The notes beneath the pieces are model-generated. The model was not told the origin of the DNA. It searched no databases and saw nothing but the letters and a program-made list of their open reading frames with translations. The position numbers and the translations under genes were made by a program. Source: Clostridia bacterium (GTDB lineage Bacteria > Bacillota > Clostridia > UMGS1810). From it: a DNA stretch of 64,000 nt. Every line of letters starts with the position of its first letter. Within the stretch, counting starts at the first letter, position 1. The stretch spans positions 2,684-66,683 of the forward strand of contig JAZQJX010000099.1 in NCBI GenBank assembly GCA_045541875.1, in the 5' to 3' direction. Shown here piece by piece: positions 56,398 to 64,000 of the stretch.

Positions 56398-57450
56398 ATG
56401 AAAAAATCAAATGTCATTTTAAAAAACTCCCTGATAACATTTGGGATTCTTTGTGTGTGTTTTTCTTTTTCCTTGGTTTTGAAATACATATTTCATAACA
56501 GTGCATTAATTTCAGCAGTGTTTGTCTTGGGAGTATATCTGATATCAGTTGTGACTCAGGGATATGTTTACGGCATAACATCTGCGCTTATATGCGTGCT
56601 GGCAGTTAACTTTGCTTTTGATTTCCCCTTTTTCGCATTCAACTTTACGATAGCAGAGAATATAGTTTCAGCGATAATTCTGCTTGTGGTTACAATGATG
56701 ACTTGCGGTCTTACTGCCAAAGTGAAACGACAAGAGGCAATAAAATCCGAAAGAGACAAGGAAAGAATGAGAGCAAATCTTTTGAGGGCTGTTTCCCATG
56801 ACCTGAGAACACCTCTTACAACGATTTTCAGTTCAAGTTCTGCTCTTTTGGATAATTATGAGGGTTTTACTGATGAACAAAAAACCGAAATGATAAGAGG
56901 TATAAGTGAAGATTCCAAATGGTTGTACCGTATGGTGGAAAATCTGTTATCTGTAACAAAACTTGACGGCGATAATGTAAAAATCATTAAAGTTCCAACG
57001 GTTCTAGACGAACTAATTGATTCAGTCCTTGTCAAATTCTCAAAGAGATATCCCGGTAAGACAATAGATGTTTATATTCCTGATGATTTTGTCACAATTC
57101 CCATGGATGCACTTTTGATTGAACAGGTGCTTATAAATATTCTTGAAAATGCCGTACAGCATGCAAAAGGTATGACATACTTAAAACTCAGTGTGTTTAT
57201 AACTTCAAACAAAGCGGTTTTTGAAATAGAAGATGATGGGTGCGGGATTCCCGATGCAAAACTCAAAGAGATTTTCAACGGTGTATACTCATCTTATTCC
57301 GAGATTTCTGACGGCAGAAAAAACAACGCAGGAATTGGTCTTTCGGTGTGCGCATCAATCATAAAAGCGCATGGTGGAAATATAAATGCATATAACAGAA
57401 AAAGCGGTGGATGTATATTCCGCTTCGCACTAAATCTGGAGGATAACTGA
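56398..57450 (+). CDS. sensor histidine kinase, KdpD C-terminal-like (membrane DUF4118-type input, HisKA, HATPase_c)
   Basis: ATG 56398 follows GGAGGG. Three to four N-terminal TM segments; H-box RANLLRAVSHDLRTPLTTI; N, G1 and G2 boxes (NILENAVQHA, DDGCGIP, GIGLSVC). Confidence 0.85.
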   Translation: MKKSNVILKNSLITFGILCVCFSFSLVLKYIFHNSALISAVFVLGVYLISVVTQGYVYGITSALICVLAVNFAFDFPFFAFNFTIAENIVSAIILLVVTMMTCGLTAKVKRQEAIKSERDKERMRANLLRAVSHDLRTPLTTIFSSSSALLDNYEGFTDEQKTEMIRGISEDSKWLYRMVENLLSVTKLDGDNVKIIKVPTVLDELIDSVLVKFSKRYPGKTIDVYIPDDFVTIPMDALLIEQVLINILENAVQHAKGMTYLKLSVFITSNKAVFEIEDDGCGIPDAKLKEIFNGVYSSYSEISDGRKNNAGIGLSVCASIIKAHGGNINAYNRKSGGCIFRFALNLEDN

Positions 57451-57451
57451 A

Positions 57452-58159
57452 ATGAACAACAAATATAAAATCCTCATAATAGAAGACGAAGAAAACATAA
57501 ATAATCTGTTGAAGAATCTTCTTGAAACAAACGGATATCAGGTTGTTTGTGCAAAATCATGCGCAGGTGGTAAAATGCTTTTTGCATCTCACAGACCGGA
57601 CCTTGTTATACTTGATCTTGGATTACCTGATTATGATGGGACAACGTTTTTGAAAGATGTCAGAAAGGATTCTTTGACGCCTGTCATTGTGCTTTCGGCA
57701 AGGACAGATGAAAAGGATAAAGTCAACGCACTCGATATGGGAGCAAACGATTATGTAACAAAACCTTTTGGAAGCGCGGAATTTGTTGCAAGAGTAAGGT
57801 CGGCTCTCAGAATATCAAGGCGGAGCATAGATGAAGGAAAACTGCCCGGAGGCAAATTTAAATCCGGCGAACTTGAAATCGATTATGATGCAAGGAGAGT
57901 TTTTGTCGGCAAATCCGAGGTAACGCTCACCCAGACTGAATACAATATCATTGCATTCCTTTCTGAGCATTCCGGAAAGGTTATGACCTACACTTCGATT
58001 ATTCGTGATATTTGGGGGTACAACGACCTGAACAGTACAAAAAAACTTCAGGTTAATATGGCTAACATACGAAAAAAACTTGGTGATAAGCCGGGGAAAA
58101 ATAATTATATTGTAAATGAACTTGGTGTAGGCTATCGTATGTGTGACAAAGATGAATAG
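57452..58159 (+). CDS. OmpR-family response regulator (KdpE-like)
   Basis: Receiver domain (ILIIEDE, DLVILDLGLPDYDG, KP) and winged-helix output (LTQTEYNIIAFL...GVGYRM). Confidence 0.9.
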   Translation: MNNKYKILIIEDEENINNLLKNLLETNGYQVVCAKSCAGGKMLFASHRPDLVILDLGLPDYDGTTFLKDVRKDSLTPVIVLSARTDEKDKVNALDMGANDYVTKPFGSAEFVARVRSALRISRRSIDEGKLPGGKFKSGELEIDYDARRVFVGKSEVTLTQTEYNIIAFLSEHSGKVMTYTSIIRDIWGYNDLNSTKKLQVNMANIRKKLGDKPGKNNYIVNELGVGYRMCDKDE

Positions 58160-58164
58160 AATTG

Positions 58165-58214
58165 GCAGATTTTGATTTGATGATTGTATCATTGATTCAA
58201 AGTCTGCTTTTTTG
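58165..58214 (+). terminator. intrinsic terminator of the two-component operon
   Basis: GCAGATTTTGA...TCAAAGTCTGC hairpin (58165-58207), followed by TTTTTT. Confidence 0.7.
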
Positions 58215-58360
58215 TTTAATTACAATCTTAACCGCATCTTAACCAATTTGACAGTATAATAAATGATAGATTGAGGTGGTTTTGAATGTGTGTAAAATAA
58301 TGCACATACCATTCCACTCAAGTATTAACATAAATATAACAATTAAGAAGAGGTGTACAG

Positions 58361-60112
58361 ATGACAATTTTTGATGTTTTAACTTTGGTAGGCGGATTGT
58401 GTTTGTTTCTTTTTGGAATGAACGTGATGGGCGATGCTCTGGAGAGAAGAGCAGGAGGAAGTCTCAAAAAACTCCTTTCCAGACTTACGCAAAATAAACT
58501 TGCCGGATTTTTAACAGGACTGGGTGTTACCGCTGTAATTCAAAGTTCTTCAGCTACAACCGTTATGGTGGTTGGTTTTGTTAATTCAGGTATAATGACA
58601 CTCAGACAATCAATCGGAGTGATAATGGGTGCAAATATCGGAACAACAGTAACAGCATGGATATTGAGTCTTGGAGGTATATCAGGTGATAATATATTTG
58701 TTCAACTTTTGAAACCAATGTCATTTACGCCTGTTCTTGCCCTTGTTGGGACAGTATTCTTAATGCTTTCTAAATCTAGCAAAAAAAAGGACACAGGAAC
58801 GATACTTCTCGGGTTCGCTACATTGATGTTTGGAATGGATACCATGTCCTCTGCAGTATCAGGTCTTGCAGATGTACCTGCTTTCCAAAATCTGTTTATC
58901 ATGTTCAAAAATCCGGTTTTGGGAGTTCTTGCAGGAGCAATTCTTACTGCTATCATTCAGTCCAGTTCGGCATCTGTAGGAATACTTCAGGCTCTATCAG
59001 TTACCGGTCAGGTTTCTTATGGTGCGGCAGTTCCGATTATTATGGGACAAAACATAGGAACATGTGTAACAGCGCTTTTATCTTCTTTTGGTACAAACAA
59101 AAATGCAAAACGCGCCGCTATTGTACACTTGTCATTCAATGTAATCGGCACAATAATCTTGCTTTCTGTGTTCAGTATAATATCAGTTCTTTTAAAACCT
59201 GCACTTTTAGATGCATCCGCATCGTACCTTGGCATTGCAATTGCACATTCGCTTTTTAATATTGCATGCACCGTTTTGCTTCTCCCCATGTCTTCACTTC
59301 TTGAAAAACTTGCGATTAAACTTGTACCTGAAACAAATAAAACGGAAGAAAATATTGAACTTGACGAAAGACTTCTTATAACCCCTCCTGTTGCATTGGA
59401 GCGTTGCAATGATCTTGTACATGAAATGGCAGAGTTTTCCGTGGTTGCTTTAAAGAATGGATTAAATATGCTCAATAAATATGATGCAACTGTTGCTCAG
59501 GAGATTCGCAGTGCCGAAGAAAAAGCCGACCACTATGAAGATATTTTAGGAACATATCTTGTAAAACTCAGTCGTTACAAAGTGAGCGACAATGACAGTT
59601 CAGAAGTTTCAAAACTTCTGAAAGTAATTGGTGATTTTGAAAGAATATCAGACCACAGCATCAATATCCTGGAATCGGCAGAAGAATTAAAAGAAAAAGA
59701 TATGGAGTTCACACCTGACGCATTAGGGGAACTTGGTGTTCTTTGCAGTGCAGTATCTGAAATTCTTACACTTTCGTATATGGCATTTATTAATAATGAC
59801 ATAAAATGCGCCCGAGATGTTGAACCACTCGAACAGGTAATTGATGGATTAAAAATAAAACTCAGAGACGGGCACATAAAGCGACTGAAAAACGGAACCT
59901 GTTCAATAGAAGCCGGATTTGTATGGGCTGATCTTATTACAAATCTTGAAAGAACGGCAGACCACTGCTCAAATATTGCCGCCTGTGTTATTGATGCATC
60001 AGAAAATAATATGAATGTTCATCAGTCATTGAGAGATATGAAAACAAACGATGCATATTTTACATCGAAATTCTCTTATTATGCAGAAAAATATAATATA
60101 GATAGTTTATAA
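58361..60112 (+). CDS. Na/Pi cotransporter family protein with C-terminal PhoU-like repeats
   Basis: LFLFGMNVMGDALE...QSSSATT repeated (QSSSASV) and a PhoU-like helical C-terminal half. Confidence 0.85.
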   Translation: MTIFDVLTLVGGLCLFLFGMNVMGDALERRAGGSLKKLLSRLTQNKLAGFLTGLGVTAVIQSSSATTVMVVGFVNSGIMTLRQSIGVIMGANIGTTVTAWILSLGGISGDNIFVQLLKPMSFTPVLALVGTVFLMLSKSSKKKDTGTILLGFATLMFGMDTMSSAVSGLADVPAFQNLFIMFKNPVLGVLAGAILTAIIQSSSASVGILQALSVTGQVSYGAAVPIIMGQNIGTCVTALLSSFGTNKNAKRAAIVHLSFNVIGTIILLSVFSIISVLLKPALLDASASYLGIAIAHSLFNIACTVLLLPMSSLLEKLAIKLVPETNKTEENIELDERLLITPPVALERCNDLVHEMAEFSVVALKNGLNMLNKYDATVAQEIRSAEEKADHYEDILGTYLVKLSRYKVSDNDSSEVSKLLKVIGDFERISDHSINILESAEELKEKDMEFTPDALGELGVLCSAVSEILTLSYMAFINNDIKCARDVEPLEQVIDGLKIKLRDGHIKRLKNGTCSIEAGFVWADLITNLERTADHCSNIAACVIDASENNMNVHQSLRDMKTNDAYFTSKFSYYAEKYNIDSL

Positions 60113-60133
60113 TAAGAAAAGGAGTTTTTTAAA

Positions 60134-61057
60134 ATGGATTTTATCCTGCAACTTGTTTTACTTTGTATAGGTTTTGTAATGCTTGTTAAAGGTGCTGATT
60201 GGTTTGTTGACGGTTCATCAGGGATTGCGACAAAATTTAAAATACCGCAACTTGTAATTGGTCTTACAATTGTTGCTATGGGTACAAGTGCACCGGAAGC
60301 TGCTGTCAGCATAACTGCTGCCCTAAAAGGGAATGCGGATATTACAATTGGAAATATCGTCGGCAGCAACATCTTGAATATTCTCATAATCCTTGGTATT
60401 TCATCTGTAATAACAGCCCTCAAGGTTGCAAAATCCACAATAAAAGTTGAAATTCCTTTCATGATAGCGATAACCTTAATTCTTTTGTGGATGGGATATG
60501 ACGGTGAAATTGACCTTCTTGAAGGAATATTACTTTTAATATTGTTCCTTATCTATCTTGCATATCTTTTTGTTTTAGCAAAAAAAGACAGAGAAAATGA
60601 AGAAGAAATAAAAGAAATATCTGTTACAAAAGCACTTTTATGGACTGTTATAGGACTATTTCTCATTGTTTACGGCAGTAATGTGACTGTTGATGCAGCA
60701 ACAAGAATTGCAAAAGTTTTAGGTCTCAGCGAAAGATTTATAGGTCTTACTATTGTTGCACTGGGAACATCTCTTCCGGAACTTTTCACATCCGTATCAG
60801 CAGCAAGAAAGGGCAATGCAGATATTGCCATCGGTAATATTGTAGGAAGTAACATTTTTAATATTCTCTTTGTTATTGGTGTATCAGCATCAATCATTCC
60901 TGTTCCTTTTGCAAATGGATTTAGACTTGATACAATTGTAGCAGTTATTGCCGCGTTGATACTTCTGGTTTGCCCTTTAAAAGAGATGAAATTAAAAAGA
61001 TGGGCGGGAGTGCTTATGCTTATTGCCTATGCAGTTTATTTTGTAATTATATGGTAA
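60134..61057 (+). CDS. Ca2+/Na+ antiporter (CaCA / YrbG family)
   Basis: Two alpha-repeats, GTSAPEAAVS...GNIVGSNILNIL and GTSLPELFTS...GNIVGSNIFNIL. Confidence 0.85.
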   Translation: MDFILQLVLLCIGFVMLVKGADWFVDGSSGIATKFKIPQLVIGLTIVAMGTSAPEAAVSITAALKGNADITIGNIVGSNILNILIILGISSVITALKVAKSTIKVEIPFMIAITLILLWMGYDGEIDLLEGILLLILFLIYLAYLFVLAKKDRENEEEIKEISVTKALLWTVIGLFLIVYGSNVTVDAATRIAKVLGLSERFIGLTIVALGTSLPELFTSVSAARKGNADIAIGNIVGSNIFNILFVIGVSASIIPVPFANGFRLDTIVAVIAALILLVCPLKEMKLKRWAGVLMLIAYAVYFVIIW

Positions 61058-61098
61058 ATGTGTTTATATTTGATTTTTAGTATATCACAGTAATTTTA

Positions 61099-61147
61099 AG
61101 AGCATATATTCTATGAATCTCGTGTTCATGGAATATATGCTCTTTTA
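61099..61147 (+). terminator. intrinsic terminator
   Basis: AGAGCATATATTC (61099-61111) pairs with GAATATATGCTCT (61131-61143), followed by TTTT. Confidence 0.7.
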
Positions 61148-61209
61148 TATGAGTGTAATTTTACATATGCATTTGGTTGTTTATTATTGCTTGTCATTAA
61201 TGTATTTGT

Positions 61210-61238
61210 TTGACTTTTATCGGTTCTGATGATAAAAT
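61210..61238 (+). promoter_or_regulatory. candidate sigma-A promoter with extended -10
   Basis: TTGACT (61210-61215), 17-nt spacer, TGaTAAAAT (61230-61238). Confidence 0.5.
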
Positions 61239-61268
61239 ATTAATATACTCTGTGTGGGAGGGTAAAGT

Positions 61269-62369
61269 ATGGATCACATATCTATAATTCATTTTGCTGA
61301 TATGCATCTGGGAAAAGTTATTTCGGCATTTGACAAAAGCAAAAACCGTATAAGAATGCAGGAAATGGTACAATCCTGTTTATCTGCTATGAATATGGCT
61401 GACGGATGCCACATAGCACTTTTATCAGGCGACATTTTTGATTTTCCTGATGTTTCCGAAAAAATATGTAAATCTGTTATTGATAAAATTTCTTCCATGC
61501 CCGATGTCAGGTTTTTCTATTCATGCGGTAATCATGATCCATACATAAGCAAATCCACAGACTTTCTTGTGCGTAACTGTCCTGACAATCTTCATATTTT
61601 TGGATATGAAGATGTAGAGTGTGTCACTATCGAAAACCTCAGAACAAAGGTATATGGTATTTCATTTGCTGACAGATATATGATGCAATCGCCATTAAAT
61701 GATATTGGTGCGTGTGATCCGTCATATATTAACATTATGTGCATACATGGGGAGATTGCAGAAAAAAGCGTATATAACCCACTCGATATGGATTTGTTTG
61801 AGAAAAAGGGTTTTGATTATGTGGCGCTCGGTCATACACATAACTTTGACGGGATAAAGAGAGCGAACAAAATGTTATATGCATACCCCGGTTGTATTGA
61901 ACCATCGGGGTTTGATGAGTGCGGACCAAAAGGATACATTAAAGGGAAAATAAAAAAAGGTGAGTCTGACCTTGGTTTTGTTGAATCAAACAAAAGACAG
62001 TATCACAGTATTGCTGTTGATATAACTCAGTTTTATGATTATTATGAAGTGATTGATAAAATCACAAAAACTGTTGATGCCGGTGACGATTTGTGGAGAA
62101 TCAGTCTACAGGGCGAAAATCACCTTGGTTCACTCATTGATGTTGAACTCATAAAAAACAGAGTTAATGCTTTTTATATAGAAATACAAAATGACACTAA
62201 AATTCCATATAACATAAACCAAGAATCTGAAAGTTTCTCTCTTTTAGGTCTTTGTGCTAAGGAAACATTGAAACTTATTAATGATGAATCTGATGAAACA
62301 AAAATAAAGATATATGAAGATGCTTTCTCTATTCTTTACGGATTACTGAGTAAAGGGGGAGAAAAATGA
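61269..62369 (+). CDS. SbcD/Mre11-type metallophosphoesterase DNA repair exonuclease (YhaO-like)
   Basis: HFADMHLG, SGDIFD, GNHD and GHTH phosphoesterase motifs. Confidence 0.75.
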   Translation: MDHISIIHFADMHLGKVISAFDKSKNRIRMQEMVQSCLSAMNMADGCHIALLSGDIFDFPDVSEKICKSVIDKISSMPDVRFFYSCGNHDPYISKSTDFLVRNCPDNLHIFGYEDVECVTIENLRTKVYGISFADRYMMQSPLNDIGACDPSYINIMCIHGEIAEKSVYNPLDMDLFEKKGFDYVALGHTHNFDGIKRANKMLYAYPGCIEPSGFDECGPKGYIKGKIKKGESDLGFVESNKRQYHSIAVDITQFYDYYEVIDKITKTVDAGDDLWRISLQGENHLGSLIDVELIKNRVNAFYIEIQNDTKIPYNINQESESFSLLGLCAKETLKLINDESDETKIKIYEDAFSILYGLLSKGGEK

Positions 62370-64000
62370 TAATAAAAAAAATCAGTATATCAGATTTCGG
62401 GAAATTATCTGATCTGAAGATTGAACCATCAAAGAATCTAAATATTATTTATGCACCAAATGAATCGGGTAAAACAACTCTTCTCTGTTTCATTAAATTT
62501 GTGTTCTACGGAACCAGACAGAAGAAAATCAGGAGTGATTTAACATTTAAAGAAAGGTATATGCCATGGAATGGTATGCCTATGAGCGGTAGTATAGAAT
62601 TTGAACATTCAGGAAAAAACTATATCATATATAGAAGTGAAGGGGCAAAAAGCGGATCTAAAATTCTTGATGTGAAAAACGCAGACACAGGGGAAAGGTA
62701 CGTAGGTATTGACAGCCCCGGCGAGTTTTTTTTCGGAGTGGATGAAAAAGTGTTTTCAGACACATTTTTTGCCCACGATTTTTCTGCTTTGTTTGAACCT
62801 GATGACAGTATCTCTTCGGTTGTGTATGGAAAGTATGATGCTGATACATCTTACAATCGGGTAAGAAATATCATCGAAGAAGAAATTTCGGATCTTGTAT
62901 CACCAAAAAGATCAGGTTCTGAGTTTTCGTTGATTATAAATGAAGCCCAGAAAATCAATGAGGAAAAAATAAATTTTGAATACGAAATCAGAGATATCGA
63001 GCAAAATCTTTTAAAACTCAATGGTGAAAGAGAATCACTTGAGGAAGAAGTTGAGAATCTCAAAGAGGAGTATAAGACTGTACAAAGTAAAAATAACTCT
63101 GAGAAAAATGCACGGATTTCCGCGCTAAAAAACAGAGAAGTTGAAAATCTTGCTGACCTGAATTTGCAGTTGAAAAATTTGACCGGCAGTTCTCTAAACA
63201 AAAAAAATCAAAACAAAAAAATTAAATTTGCGTTATTTTTCTTGTTGTTAATTATCTCATTAACGCTGACTTTATTTTACATGTTTAAAAAGGAATTTTC
63301 TTCTTCATTTGTCGGAGTATTTTTTATGATTTTATGTGTTTTTCTGCTAATCAGAACCGGAAAATCTCCGGCAGATTTAACTCTTATTAATACGTTAAAC
63401 ACGCAGATTGAGTTGTGTGAAAAGAGAATTTCGGGATATGAGGCAGGAATTTTGCCTGAAGAACAACCTGCTAATGCAAATTCTGTTATCATGATGCATC
63501 ATGTTGAAACAAATAACTTTACAAATAAAGAAATTGATGGTATAATTAATAGAATTCAAAAATGTGAAATAGATATAAATGTGAAAGATTCGCAGATTCT
63601 ATCTTTATCGGAAAGAAAAAGCGATTTGAATTCGCAAATAGATTATTGCGATGACAGAATTAAAGAATGTGACCTGAAACTTCAGAAAATCAAAGAGAAA
63701 CAAGACGTGTATAGTGTTGCACTTCATATTCTTGAAGGTGCTTTCTCAAATCTCAGAGATTGTTATGCACCGATTATATCTAAAAGAGCATTTGAAATAT
63801 TTAAAAAGGTTTGTAAAAACCATTATGATTCTTTAGTTGCGGATGATAATTTTGGAATTTCGTTAAATTTTGAAAATGAACTAAAAAGCATAAAAAGTTT
63901 CAGCCGTTCAACCAAAGATGCCGCAGGGTTATCAGTTCGTATGGCAATATGTGATTTTATATCGAAAGATAATCCGCTTCCTATGTTTTTTGATGATGTT
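62366..64000 (+). CDS. AAA/SMC-like ATPase with central coiled coil and two internal TM segments (YhaN/SbcC-like), 3' partial
   Basis: Absent from the ORF track because it runs off the window. My translation from ATG 62366 (ATGA overlap with the upstream stop) stays open for 545 codons. Walker A NESGKTT; hydrophobic FALFFLLLIISLTLTLFYMF and FVGVFFMILCVFLLI. Confidence 0.7.
   Translation, partial: MIIKKISISDFGKLSDLKIEPSKNLNIIYAPNESGKTTLLCFIKFVFYGTRQKKIRSDLTFKERYMPWNGMPMSGSIEFEHSGKNYIIYRSEGAKSGSKILDVKNADTGERYVGIDSPGEFFFGVDEKVFSDTFFAHDFSALFEPDDSISSVVYGKYDADTSYNRVRNIIEEEISDLVSPKRSGSEFSLIINEAQKINEEKINFEYEIRDIEQNLLKLNGERESLEEEVENLKEEYKTVQSKNNSEKNARISALKNREVENLADLNLQLKNLTGSSLNKKNQNKKIKFALFFLLLIISLTLTLFYMFKKEFSSSFVGVFFMILCVFLLIRTGKSPADLTLINTLNTQIELCEKRISGYEAGILPEEQPANANSVIMMHHVETNNFTNKEIDGIINRIQKCEIDINVKDSQILSLSERKSDLNSQIDYCDDRIKECDLKLQKIKEKQDVYSVALHILEGAFSNLRDCYAPIISKRAFEIFKKVCKNHYDSLVADDNFGISLNFENELKSIKSFSRSTKDAAGLSVRMAICDFISKDNPLPMFFDDV

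Noticed and set aside
1-64000. Search for rRNA, tRNA, CRISPR repeats, IS or transposase genes, integrases, and phage or toxin-antitoxin modules.
   Set aside because: Intergenic regions are short and were read individually. None shows cloverleaf-type tRNA structure, regularly spaced direct repeats or terminal inverted repeats, and no ORF has transposase, integrase or Cas-like motifs.

Overview
AT-rich, densely coding chromosomal segment with the look of a spore-forming Clostridia (Bacillota) anaerobe: GGAGG-type ribosome-binding sites, TTGACA/TATAAT sigma-A-type promoters, hairpin plus T-run terminators, pta-ackA, rex, and a SleC-like cortex-lytic gene. All product calls come from reading motifs in the supplied translations; no search was run. 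I recognised no rRNA, tRNA, CRISPR array, transposase, integrase or phage module. Layout: (i) 1-16454 is one co-directional operon of five secreted or wall-anchored proteins. It holds two heparinase II/III-like lyase paralogs, SLH-like and concanavalin/LamG-like proteins, then a cytoplasmic PHP phosphoesterase and two tandem uncharacterised paralogs, with a convergent AraC regulator. (ii) 17601-19747 is a SleC-like spore cortex-lytic locus in which the N-terminal pro-region is a separate gene. (iii) 19.8-64 kb is mostly housekeeping and transport: RNase Z, nagA plus a ROK-like kinase, cysE-cysS-mrnC, split transketolase, rex, gdhA, argF, murI, pta-ackA, a KdpD-like two-component system, ion transporters and an SbcD/YhaN-like pair. 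Several unexplained genes are interspersed. The most interesting candidates are the split SleC locus, the tandem TIM-barrel-like paralogs closing the lyase operon, and a P-loop/Asp23-like fusion translationally coupled to rex. A duplicated CxxC...CxxH protein and a three-gene small-protein operon are also worth a look. Nothing here can be shown to be new without database searches.
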